A stretch of DNA of 64,000 bases from a bacterium (GTDB taxonomy: Bacteria > UBA8248 > JACPRG01 > G963555815): positions 1,664,001 to 1,728,000 of the forward strand of contig CBDHDG010000006.1 in the NCBI GenBank assembly GCA_965261595.1, read 5' to 3'. Of this stretch, positions 29,943 to 39,960 are shown piece after piece; position 1 is the first letter of the stretch, and every line of letters starts with the position of its first letter. Both the position numbers and the translations under genes were made by a program. The notes under the pieces are model-generated. The model saw only the letters and a list, made by a program, of their open reading frames with translations. It did not search any database and was not told the origin of the DNA.

Positions 29943-32261
29943 TTATGATCTGGGGCCCCCGAGCGCCTCGACGACCTTTTCCGGGGTGATGGGCAGGCTC
30001 CGAATCCGCGCGCCCAAAGCGTGGGCGACCGCGTTGGCCACGGCTGCGGCCGTTGGAACGAGGGCCGGCTCGCCCAGTCCTTTCGCGCCGTAGGGGCCCT
30101 CCAGTCCGTGGCGGCCGGCTTCCGCGTTCTCGATGAACCGGACGCGGACATCCGGCGCGTCCACGATGGTGGGAATGCGGTAATCGTAGAAATTCGGGTT
30201 CATCACCTGCCCGCCGTCAAAGACCATCTCCTCCGACACCGCCCAGCCCAACCCCTGGACGACGCCGCCCTCGACCTGGCCCTCGGCGGTGAGGGGATTG
30301 ATGATCCGGCCCGAGTCGTGGACGGCCGTTACGCGCTCGATCACCACCCGGCCGGTCTCGATGTCCACGGCCACCTCGGCGACGTGCGCGGCGAAGGCGT
30401 AGGCGAGCGTCGCGTGGCCGTAGCGGGAGGCGTCCGGGATGACCACCTCGGGAGGCGTGACAAACGCGCCTTCGCCGATAATGGGTTTTCCGCCCGCGGC
30501 CGTGACCATATCGCGCGTGGCGTCGGAAAAGCCCATCCCCCGCCCGGGCGCGCCCTCGACGCGGATCCGGCCGTCCCCGGTTTCGAGATCCTCCGGCCGG
30601 CACTCCAGGCGCTCGGCCGCGAAGGCGAGGATTTTCTCACGGGCGTCCCGGGCGGCCCTGGCCACCGCGTGGCCGCCCACCGTCGTCACCCGGCTCGCGT
30701 ACGCCCCCAGGCAGGCCGGCGTCACGTCGGTGTCCACGCCGGAGACCCGGACGTCCTCCAGGCCGACGCCGAGCTCTTCCGCGGTGATCTGGGCGAGCAC
30801 CGTGCGGGCGCCCTGGCCGATGTCCGTTTCGCCCGTTAGGAGGAAGGCGCGGCCCTCTTCGTCGACCTGGACGACGGCGGCGCCTCCGTCGAAGTCCCCA
30901 TAGGCCCCCCGGAACCCGGAGCCGTGGATGCAGCAGGCCATTCCGACGCCCCGGAGGATGGCCTTTCCACGCGGCGAAGAAGCGGGAGGCTCAAAACCCC
31001 CCGCGCGTTTTCGGTCCCAATCCGTCTCGGATTTCGCTTTCTCGACGCATTCCCGGATTTCGGCCGAGCCGATTCGAAAGCCGTGCATGGTCACGTCGCC
31101 GGGACGGACGAAGTTCTTCATCCGGAGCGCGGCCGGGTCCATGCCCAGCTCTTCCGCGAGGATATCGACGCCGGACTCCAGGGCGAACGCCCCCTGCGGG
31201 TTGCCGAATCCCCGGTATCCCCCGGTCGAGAGCTTGTTTGTATAGACGAGCTGATATTGGTTTTTGACGTTGGGGATCCGGTAGAGGTTGTCCATCCGGT
31301 AAGAGGAGATGCCCGTGATGGCCGGCGCCTCGTTGCTGTACGCCCCGTTGTCGGCGATGACATCGGAGGATTTCGCGACGAGACTCCCTTCAGAATCGGC
31401 CGCCAGTCTCAGGTGGATGGTCATGGGGACCCGAGGGTGGGTGGTCAGAAACTCGTCGGTGCGGGTGTTGTCCAGCCGGACGGGTCGCCCGGCCTTCTTC
31501 GAGAGAAGCGCGGCGATCAGGTGAAGGCGGACCATTTTCTTGGAGCCGAATCCGCCGCCCACGAAAGAGTGGATCATCCGGATGTCGGACGCCTTCATCC
31601 CGAGGATTTCGGCGTAATGGCGGCGCGCGATCCAGGGGTCCTGGATGCCGACGTGTAGCGTCAGGCGGCCGTTGGGGGCGAAGTCGGCGACGGCCCCCAT
31701 GGGCTCCATGTAGCACTGGTGGGCGGAGGACGTCTCGAACGTGGCCTCGACCTTGTGGGCGGCGCGCTCATAGGCCCGGTCGAACTTGCCGCGCTCCATC
31801 TCCCCCCGCATCGCGATGTTTCCGGGCTTGTCCTCGTGGAGGAGGGGCGCCCCTTCGGCCAGGGCCTCCCCGGTCGTTCCGACTACCGGCAGGGGATCGT
31901 ACTCGACATGAATTTCCTCCAGGGCCTCTTCGGCGGCGTCGGGATCGGTCGCGGCGACGGCGGCGACCTCGTCCCCCGCGTACCGGACCTTGTCGACGGC
32001 CAGGACGGTCTCGTCGTGGATCATGTGGCCCCATTTGACGTCCGGGCAATCGGCGGCGGTCAGGACGGCGCGAACGCCCTTGAGGTTTTTGGCCCGGGAG
32101 GCGTCGATGGACAGGACCCGGGCGTGGGGAAGGGGGCTTCTGAGGACCTTCGCCCAGAGCATCCCGGGGACCGAGACATCCGAGGCGTACTGGCCCCCGC
32201 CCGAGGATTTCTCCCAGGATTCCACGGAGGGAACCCGCTGGCCGATGACGCGATATTCCAT
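29943..32261 (-). CDS. Xanthine dehydrogenase-family molybdopterin-binding large subunit
   Basis: LRSPLPHA, YMEP, VGGGFGSK, YRGFGNPQ, IGQG, QVEGGVVQGLG, GAKGLGEP. Confidence 0.92.
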   Translation of the reverse strand: MEYRVIGQRVPSVESWEKSSGGGQYASDVSVPGMLWAKVLRSPLPHARVLSIDASRAKNLKGVRAVLTAADCPDVKWGHMIHDETVLAVDKVRYAGDEVAAVAATDPDAAEEALEEIHVEYDPLPVVGTTGEALAEGAPLLHEDKPGNIAMRGEMERGKFDRAYERAAHKVEATFETSSAHQCYMEPMGAVADFAPNGRLTLHVGIQDPWIARRHYAEILGMKASDIRMIHSFVGGGFGSKKMVRLHLIAALLSKKAGRPVRLDNTRTDEFLTTHPRVPMTIHLRLAADSEGSLVAKSSDVIADNGAYSNEAPAITGISSYRMDNLYRIPNVKNQYQLVYTNKLSTGGYRGFGNPQGAFALESGVDILAEELGMDPAALRMKNFVRPGDVTMHGFRIGSAEIRECVEKAKSETDWDRKRAGGFEPPASSPRGKAILRGVGMACCIHGSGFRGAYGDFDGGAAVVQVDEEGRAFLLTGETDIGQGARTVLAQITAEELGVGLEDVRVSGVDTDVTPACLGAYASRVTTVGGHAVARAARDAREKILAFAAERLECRPEDLETGDGRIRVEGAPGRGMGFSDATRDMVTAAGGKPIIGEGAFVTPPEVVIPDASRYGHATLAYAFAAHVAEVAVDIETGRVVIERVTAVHDSGRIINPLTAEGQVEGGVVQGLGWAVSEEMVFDGGQVMNPNFYDYRIPTIVDAPDVRVRFIENAEAGRHGLEGPYGAKGLGEPALVPTAAAVANAVAHALGARIRSLPITPEKVVEALGGPRS

Positions 32262-32592
32262 TTTCCATTCCCAGGATTCGGGCAAAGCCGAACCCGCCGA
32301 TGCCCTCGTATTGCCGTTAGGCGCTTGCCCCACTTCTCAAGGGCCGCATTCCGCCGCGCCATTCAGATTATCACGGTTCAGGTTGCGCGGCGGGATATAG
32401 AGGTTGTGAATCGATCACGCGGGAACACCCGGGTCCGTCGCTGTCTATGGCGGCCGTTGGCGGTGTCAAGCCGGATCATTCCGCCAGCATGGACTGGATA
32501 TTTCCGGCCGCTCGGCGGGATCGACCCTTCAAGAAATCCGGTGGTTCAATCATTGTTCGGACAATATGGATTTGTTCTAAGTAGAACCCCCG

Positions 32593-32608
32593 TGGCACTA
32601 TTTGTGCA
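32593..32608 (+). promoter_or_regulatory. Candidate sigma54 (-24/-12) promoter upstream of the hybrid kinase
   Basis: TGGCACTATTTGTGCA: GG-N10-GC, near consensus TGGCAC-N5-TTGCA. Confidence 0.5.
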
Positions 32609-32941
32609 AGCTTAAAAAGATGGGAACCATACATGCGCTCAATAGCGGTTCACGGTTTTGACCCTCCCGGATAAGTCAGAGGGGGGATGGGTCCGCGTGA
32701 AATCGTATTACCCCGCTACGCTTTGGGGGAGCCGCCCGCCTATCGCCCCGGGTGTTGTCGGAGGGGCGGAGATCCAGGGTCCCGAAGGTCGGGTTGATCT
32801 TGGGGTTCCGGTGCGCCTCGGCGGCGCATTTCACGGTTTCCGTAAACAGAAACAAATCAAGGGGGGGACGCAAGAAAACGGGCGCCCCCGCCCTTGGGTT
32901 TCGTTGGACACTCGATCGAGTCATCAAGGCAAACCAATCGG

Positions 32942-35900
32942 ATGATCAAGCGACTCCTCATCTGGCTCACCTCCCTGCTTTATGAGCGAACCATCCTCGT
33001 TCTGAGCGTGATGTTCGTTGCCGGCGTGGCGGGCATGATTTGGGATGTTTCCCGTGTGCAGACAAATCTCATCGAAGCGACGGCATTGGAATACGCGACC
33101 GAGCACACCCACGCTCTGGCGGAATTTCGCACGCTCTATACGTCGGAAGTGGTTGCCCGCGTGAGGCCCTATGGGACCGAGGTGACCCATGACTACAAAT
33201 CAAAGGAAGGAGCCATCCCCCTTCCCGCCACGTTGAGCATGGAGCTCGGCAAAAGAATCGGGAAGCATCGTTCCGGGCTTCAATCCCGGTTGTACAGCGC
33301 CTATCCGTTTCCCTGGCGAAAAGACAAGGGCGGCCTGCGGGATGAATTTGCCAAGGAAGCCTGGAACCATTTGCGCCGGAATCCCGATAAACCTTTTTAC
33401 CGATTCGAGACATTCCAGGGCCGCCGCTCATTGCGATACGCGACGGCGGATTTGATGCGGCCCGCTTGCGTCAACTGTCACAACACGCACCCCGACTCCC
33501 CCAAAAAGGATTGGAAAGCGGGAGACGTAAGAGGGGTTCTGGAAATTGTACGCCCCATGGAGGCCATCGTCGCGCAGACGCGAGAAGGTCTAAGAAAAAC
33601 CTTTGGCCTGATGGTGGTGATGGCCGTGATGGGGCTGTCATGTCTCACCCTCGTGATTGGCAGGCAAAGGCGAACCTCGGCCGACTTGGGGCAGCGGGCT
33701 GAGGAGGTGGAAGCGGCCAACCGAGAGCTGAAAACCGAGATCGCCGAGCGCAAGCGGACCGAGGAGGCTCTCAAACTCACGCAATTCTCCGTCGAGCGAT
33801 CGGTGGACGCGACCTTCTGGATCGCGCCGGACAGCCGGATCCTGAACGTGAACGATGCGACATGCCGTCACTTCGGGTATTCACGGGAAGAGCTTCTCTC
33901 GATGACCATCTCGGACATCAACCTGGCCTACCCGCGGGAGAAATGGACCGAGCATTGGGAAAAAGTGAAGCGAAATGGATCTCTGACTTTCGAATCCATC
34001 TTAACGACCAAAGACGGCCGGGAGATGCCGGTCGAGATTACCGCCAACTACCTGGAATTCAACGGAAAGGAGTACATTTTCAGCTTTGCCCGCGACATCA
34101 CCGCGCGCAAGGAGGCGGAGGAAGCGTTGCGACTCACGCAATTCTCCGTTGACCGGGCGGGAGACGCCACCAACTGGATCGCGCGGGACGGCAAGATCCT
34201 CTATGTGAACGATGCGGAATGCGACTATCTCGGGTACTCGCGGGAAGAACTGCTCTCCATGACCATTTTCGAAATCGATTCGGAGCAATCGCCGGAGAAG
34301 TGGGCGGCGCATTGGAAAAAAGTGAAAGAAGCGGGTTCGCTTACATTTGAGTCAAGCCAAGTAACCAAAGACGGCGGGAAAATCCCGACCGAGGTGACCT
34401 CCAGTCACCTGGAGTTCAACGGAAAGGAGTACCTCGTCGGCTTTGTTCGCGACATCACCGAGCGCAAGCGGGCAGAGGAGGCGCTGCGGCTCACGCAGTT
34501 CTGCGTTGAGCGGGCGGGGGACCCCGTTTTTTGGTTCGGCCCGGACGGCCGGTTTCTTTACGTGAATGATGCGGCGTGCCGGTATCTCGGGTACTCACGG
34601 GAAGAGCTGCTCACGATGGCCGTCTCGGACATCAACCCGCAGCGTACGCCGGAGAAGTGGCCCGAGAGATGGGAAAAGAGGAAAGGGCGCGGACCGCAGA
34701 CCTTCGAGACCCGCCACCTCGCCAAGGACGGCCGGACGGTTCCGGTCGAGGTGACCGCCAACTACCTGGAGCTTAACGGAAAGGAGTATATGTTCAGCTT
34801 CGCCCGCGACATCACTGCGCGCAAACAGGCCGAGGAGGCGCTGCGGCTCACGCAGTTCGCGGTGGATCAGGCGGGGGACGCCATTTTCTGGGTGACGCCG
34901 GATGGTGGATACCACTATGTGAATGACGCGGCGTGCTGGTATCTCGGGTACTCCCGGGAAGAGTTGCTCTCCATGTCGGTCTGGGACGTCCAGCCGGATC
35001 TTTCGGCCGGGCAGTGGCCCGAGAGGTGGGAAGAGCTGAAACGGATCGGCGCTTTATCCGCCGAAACCCGCTACATGACCAAGAAAGGCGGAGTCGTTCC
35101 GGGCGAGGTATCCATCAACTAACTGGAATTCAACGGCAAAGAATACTCCCTGGGCTTCGTGAGGGACATCTCCGAGCGCATGCGCGCGGAAGAGACGCTA
35201 CGGCTCACGCAGTTCTCCGTTGACCGGGCCGGGGACGCCACATACTGGATCGGTGCGGACGGCCGAATCCTCTATGCCAACGAAGCGGCGCGCGCGGATC
35301 TCGGGTACTCAATGGATGAAATGATCTCCATGACGATCATGGACATCAATCCGGACTACTCACCGGACACCTGGGCGGCGCATTGGAAGCGGCTAAAAGA
35401 AAAGGGTTTCTATACCTTTGAAGGGCGCAACGTGACCAAAGACGGCCGCAAATTTCCGGTCGAAGTGACTTCCAACTATTTGGAGTTCAACGGAAAAGAG
35501 TACATTTTCGGCTTCGTCCGCAACATCACCGACCGCAAGGAGGCGGAGGAGACGCTGCGGCTCACGCAATTCTCCGTTGACCGGGCCGGGGACGCCACAT
35601 ACTGGATCGCGGAGGACGGCCGCTTCCTCTATGTGAACGACGCGGCGTGCAAAATGCTCGGATACTCACGGGAAAAGCTGCTCACGATGGCGGTCTGGGA
35701 CATCGACGCCAATCGCCGAATGGAACAGTGGATCGATAGACGGGAAGAGCGGAAACGCCATAAATTCTATACGTTAGAAACGGGCCACATGGCCAAGGAC
35801 GGCAGGGTCATCCCCGTTGAGATATCCGCCGACTGTCTCGAGTTCGGCGGCAAAGATTACATATTTGTCTCCGCCCGCGACATCACGGAGCGCAGACGGA

Positions 35901-37978
35901 TGGCGGACGACTTGCGGAAGGCGAAGGAGGCCGCCGAGGTCGCCAGCCGCGCGAAGAGTGAATTTCTCGCCAACATGAGCCACGAGATCCGGACACCGAT
36001 GAACGGTGTGATCGGCATGTCGGGGCTTCTCCTCGACACCGGTCTCAGCGATAAACAGCGCGAGTACGCCGAGATGATTCGAGACTCGGGTGAGAACCTG
36101 CTTGAGATTGTGAATGACATTCTCGATTTATCGAAGATTGAGGCGGAAAAGCTGACCATCGAGCCGGTCCCGTTCGACCTGCTGTCCGTTGTGGAAGAGA
36201 CGACCGAGTTCTTGGCGCCGAAGGCCGATGAAAAGGGCCTGTGTCTCATTGCCCGCTACGCCCCGGATCTCCCCCGTCACTTCATCGGTGACCCCGGACG
36301 AATTCGACAGATTCTCATTAATTTCATGGGCAACACCATCAAGTTCACGAACGAGGGGCACGTTCTGCTCGGCATCGAGGCGGACGCTGGGCGCGAGGGA
36401 AAATCAGGTCTTCGGATCTCCGTGGCGGATACCGGCATCGGCATCCGCGAAGACGCGATCGAGCGGATCTTCGAAAAATTCACACAGGCCGACGCTCCAG
36501 CCTCCCACGCGCATGGCGGAACGGGCCTCGGGCTTTCGATCTGCAAACAGCTCATCGAGTTGATGGGAGGGACCATCGGGGTGAACAGCAGGCCCGGCGC
36601 AGGATCGACCTTTTGGGTCACCCTCCATCTTCCCCTCGCCTCCGCCGCCTCGCCTCCGCCCCCGCCGGAGCTGGCGGGTGCTCGCATCCTGATCGCGGCC
36701 GGAAATGAGCTCAAGAGGCAAATCCTGTACGAGCAAGTGAGGCATTGGGGAATGCGCGCGGACCGCGTCACTTCCATCGAGGAGACGCTGACCGCGGTTC
36801 ATGACGCCCAAGAGGGCGTCGACCCATATCAGGCGGCCATTTTCACCGGCCAAAAAGACGGCGTGGACGCCGAGGCATTGGCCCGTGTCGTCCAATCCGA
36901 CCCCAATCTGCGTAAGGTCCCCGCGGTCATCATCGCCCCCTTGGGGCAGCGGGTGGATGCGGATCGAATGGCGAAAGCCGGAATCGCCGCATGCCTGAGC
37001 GAGCCTGTGCGGCAATCCGATCTGATGAACGCCCTGGCGGCGTTGCGCCGCTCGGCAGAGACGGGGCCCCTTCCGGAAAGGGTGACTCGGTTTGCCCCGG
37101 CCGATTCCCACTCTGAAAGGCCTGCCCGGGACCGACAGGACGGTCGGGTTCTCTCTCGCGTTTTGGTGGCTGAAGACAATGCCGTGAACCAAAAGGTGGC
37201 GAAGGGGATGCTGGAGAATCTGGGCTTTCGTGTGGACGTGGTGTCCAATGGCAAGGAGGCCCTCGAGATGTCCGCACTGCTCCCCTACGACGTAATTTTC
37301 ATGGATTGCCGTATGCCTGAGATGGACGGATACGAGGCGACGGCATTGATCCGCCGGAGGGAGCGGGAGGGTGGTTCTCGCGTCCCGATCATCGCCCTGA
37401 CGGCCCACGCCATGCAGGGTGAGCGGGAGAGGTGTCTGGCGGCGGGCATGGACGACTATGTCACCAAGCCGGTGAAGGTTGATGAGCTGAAGACTGTCCT
37501 GGCGCGCTGGATCGGAGACGTGGGAACGACGGACGCCCCGGCTCCCGCCAGGGTGGAGGGGGCCCGCGAAGTGACCCTCGACCTCGAGGCGCTCCGAGAA
37601 TTGGTCTCTGTCGCGGCGGCATCGGGTTCCGGCTTCGTGGAGGAAGCGGTGGCCACTTATTTATCGCAGACGCCCGTTCAAATTTCGGCCGTCCGAGCGG
37701 CTATAGCGCACAAGAACGCGCAAGACCTCAGCCGGGAGGCCCACAGCCTCAAGAGCCGCAGCGCAATCTTGGGCGCGCGAAACATGAGGGCATTGAGCGC
37801 TGAGCTGGAAGGGCGCGCGGAGGCGGACTCGCTGGAGGGGGCGGGAATGCTCCTCCGGAGATTGGAGGAGGAGTTTGACCGCGTGAAATCAGCGCTCGAG
37901 TCCGGGCTGTGGAAGGGCGAAGGGGTAAGCGTTTTGACAGCGGCCGGCCCGCTTGTTGTTTCTGAGAAGCCCGAATGA
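32942..37978 (+). CDS. Hybrid histidine kinase (TM, heme-c DUF3365-like sensor, TM, 6 PAS, HisKA/HATPase, 2 REC, Hpt) with in-frame TAA at 35120-35122
   Basis: CVNCH heme motif; FLANMSHEIRTPMNG; GGTGLGL; VAEDN..MDCRMP; AHSLKS; ORFs 32894-35122 and 35159-37978 are in the same frame. Confidence 0.88.
33776..35917 (+). repeat. Six tandem 357-bp PAS-coding repeats
   Basis: CTCACGCA(A/G)TTC anchors at 33776, 34133, 34490, 34847, 35204, 35561. Confidence 0.9.
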
Positions 37979-38028
37979 AACTCTGGAATTCCACCAAGTG
38001 TTTTTACCATGAGAAAGGACCACCCGAG

Positions 38029-39114
38029 ATGAGTGGAAAGATCCGCGTTTTGATCGTTGAGGATTCAGCTTTGGAGCGTTTCCTCCTCTGTGAGATTCTC
38101 TCCCAAGAGCCCGACATCGAGGTGGTCGATGTCGCGCCGGACGCCGATCGCGCCCGAAATAAAATGCGAATTCATAAGCCCGACGTTCTGACGCTGGACG
38201 TGAAGATGCCGGGCGAGGACGGCATTGCCTTCCTCACCGGGCTTATGTCCACGGACCCTCTTCCGGTCATCATGGTCAGCGCGTTCACCCTGGCGGGAGC
38301 GAAGACCACGCTGTCCGCCCTCGAGAAAGGCGCGGTGGATTTCGTCGCGAAACCCGATGGCAGCAAAGATGAAGATCTTGAAGTGTTCCGGCGGGAGCTC
38401 ATCCGGAAAGTGCGCGCCGCCGCCACGGCCCGTATGGGGCGGCATCCCCGGCCGGTCCCGACCCACGCGCCGGCGGAGCTGCCGGAAACACCGGGATTCA
38501 TCGTTGCGATTGGAACCTCGATGGGAGGTCCGGAAGCGTTGAGGAGTCTTCTTCCGAGACTTCCGGCCAATTTTCCGGCGATTCTGCTCGTCCAGCATAT
38601 GCCGGAGTACTTCACCCAGGCCATGGCCGAGAGCCTGGATAAGATCTGCGCCATCCACGTGAAGGAGGCGGAACAGGGCAAACCCGTCCTACCGGGTCAG
38701 GCGCTCATTGCTCCGGGAAATTGCCACATGGAGTTGCGGCGCCTGGGAACCCGCTATTATGTGGAGATTCACAAAAACCCCCGGGTGCGCGGGTTCCGGC
38801 CTTCTGTGGATGTGTTGTTCGAGTCTGTGGCCCAATACGCGGATTTGGACACCATAGGGGTCATCCTGACGGGGATGGGCTCGGATGGGGCGAAGGGCAT
38901 CTCCCGGACGAAGGCCGCCGGCGCGTACACCATTGCCCAGGACGAGGCAAGCTCTGTCATCTTCGGCATGCCCAAACAGGCCATCGCGACGGGGGCCGTC
39001 GATATCGTGCTTCCTCTCGAGGGAATCCCCGGCCATCTCATTAAAGCGATGCAAAGGGCAGGGGCGCCCTTGAAGAAGCCGGCCGGATCGCCGTTGGTCG
39101 CAGCGAGAACCTAG
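38029..39114 (+). CDS. cheB: Chemotaxis response regulator protein-glutamate methylesterase
   Basis: N-terminal REC; IGTSMGGP, VQHMP, RPSVDVLF, LTGMGSDGA, FGMP. Confidence 0.93.
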   Translation: MSGKIRVLIVEDSALERFLLCEILSQEPDIEVVDVAPDADRARNKMRIHKPDVLTLDVKMPGEDGIAFLTGLMSTDPLPVIMVSAFTLAGAKTTLSALEKGAVDFVAKPDGSKDEDLEVFRRELIRKVRAAATARMGRHPRPVPTHAPAELPETPGFIVAIGTSMGGPEALRSLLPRLPANFPAILLVQHMPEYFTQAMAESLDKICAIHVKEAEQGKPVLPGQALIAPGNCHMELRRLGTRYYVEIHKNPRVRGFRPSVDVLFESVAQYADLDTIGVILTGMGSDGAKGISRTKAAGAYTIAQDEASSVIFGMPKQAIATGAVDIVLPLEGIPGHLIKAMQRAGAPLKKPAGSPLVAART

Positions 39115-39221
39115 TGCTTATTTGCGAAAATTAGCATCTTCTCAAAGGCGGCAAATTGCCAATAAAATTCAGTCAAAATTGCCCAAAAATTAATACGCGA
39201 ACTTTTGCAACCAAGCACTAG
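39111..39221. mobile_element. MITE-like element 1, CTAG-bounded
   Basis: CTAGTGCTTATTTGCGAAAATT versus rc of right end CTAGTGCTTGGTTGCAAAAGTT (18/22); AT-rich interior. Confidence 0.65.
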
Positions 39222-39374
39222 TGTCGCGTCCCGGAAATAAATTCACGATTTCCGAACCTCCTCAAAGTAGGGCGCCACCGGCGGTTTGCCCGCCAGCGCC
39301 TCATTTTTCGGGAAATCCAAAGGGCATCCTGTCACCTGATATTTATTGAAAGGATTTCTGAGACGCGACACTAG
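39218..39374. mobile_element. MITE-like element 2, CTAG-bounded
   Basis: CTAGTGTCGCGTCCCGGAAAT versus rc of right end CTAGTGTCGCGTCTCAGAAAT (19/21). Confidence 0.7.
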
Positions 39375-39500
39375 GCCAAGTCATTCCCCCTTCTTTCGGA
39401 CAGGTTGTTGTCCCACACCGAGTTGACAAGATGAAGAAGGCTTGGCTTTTCTCTTTGTGAGAAACGCAGCCTCACCCGCCGTGTCGCTTGGACCCGGCAC

Positions 39501-39777
39501 GGGCTCCGCGCGCGCGCGGGGGGGGGGCCACCGACGCCAGCACAGAGAGCACTGATCGAGGGGCTCCGCGCGCGCGCGGGGGGGGGGCCTCTAAGCCCCC
39601 CAGCCCGTCTATCATGCGGCCGGCTCCGCGCGCGCGGGGGGGGGACGATCGCGGCCTTTCTTTTCTCAAAGGTTCCAATGGCTCCCCCCGCGCGCGCGGG
39701 GCGCGCGCGCGGGGGGAGCCCTGGCCAAATCTCTATCTCAGGTGACATAATGGGCTCCGCGCGCGCGGGGGGGGGCC
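39501..39777 (+). CRISPR. Orphan CRISPR-like mini-array, 5 repeats and 4 unique spacers (type I-E-like geometry)
   Basis: Repeats at 39501, 39561, 39621, 39680, 39752 (first two identical GGGCTCCGCGCGCGCGCGGGGGGGGGGCC); unique spacers of 31, 31, 32 and 31 nt; no cas gene in window. Confidence 0.7.
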
Positions 39778-39960
39778 TCACGGAACTGACCGGAAGCCGC
39801 GCGGAGCGCAGCGCGAGGCCTCGTGAAGGGGCATGTGTAGAGTCGATTAAATTGTTGTATGCTTGGATGATGTGACGCCACGCTGGAAACTGCTTCTCCT
39901 CATGGGGGGAAGCCGTTTCCCGATGTCGGGAAACCCAGGGGCCCTGCTGAAAGGGGGTAG

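Noticed and set aside
32840..32900. c-di-GMP-I riboswitch in the kinase leader
   Set aside because: GGGACGCAAG present but the GGCAAAC and P2 stem with GNRA loop are not
35120..35122. Stop-codon reassignment or programmed readthrough
   Set aside because: Single case; TAA ends many ordinary genes here; simple TAC>TAA change explains it
39371..39875. ORFs overlapping the repeat array as repeat proteins
   Set aside because: Low-complexity Ala/Arg/Gly/Pro translations with frames broken by variable repeat length; constant spacer length fits a nucleic-acid array better
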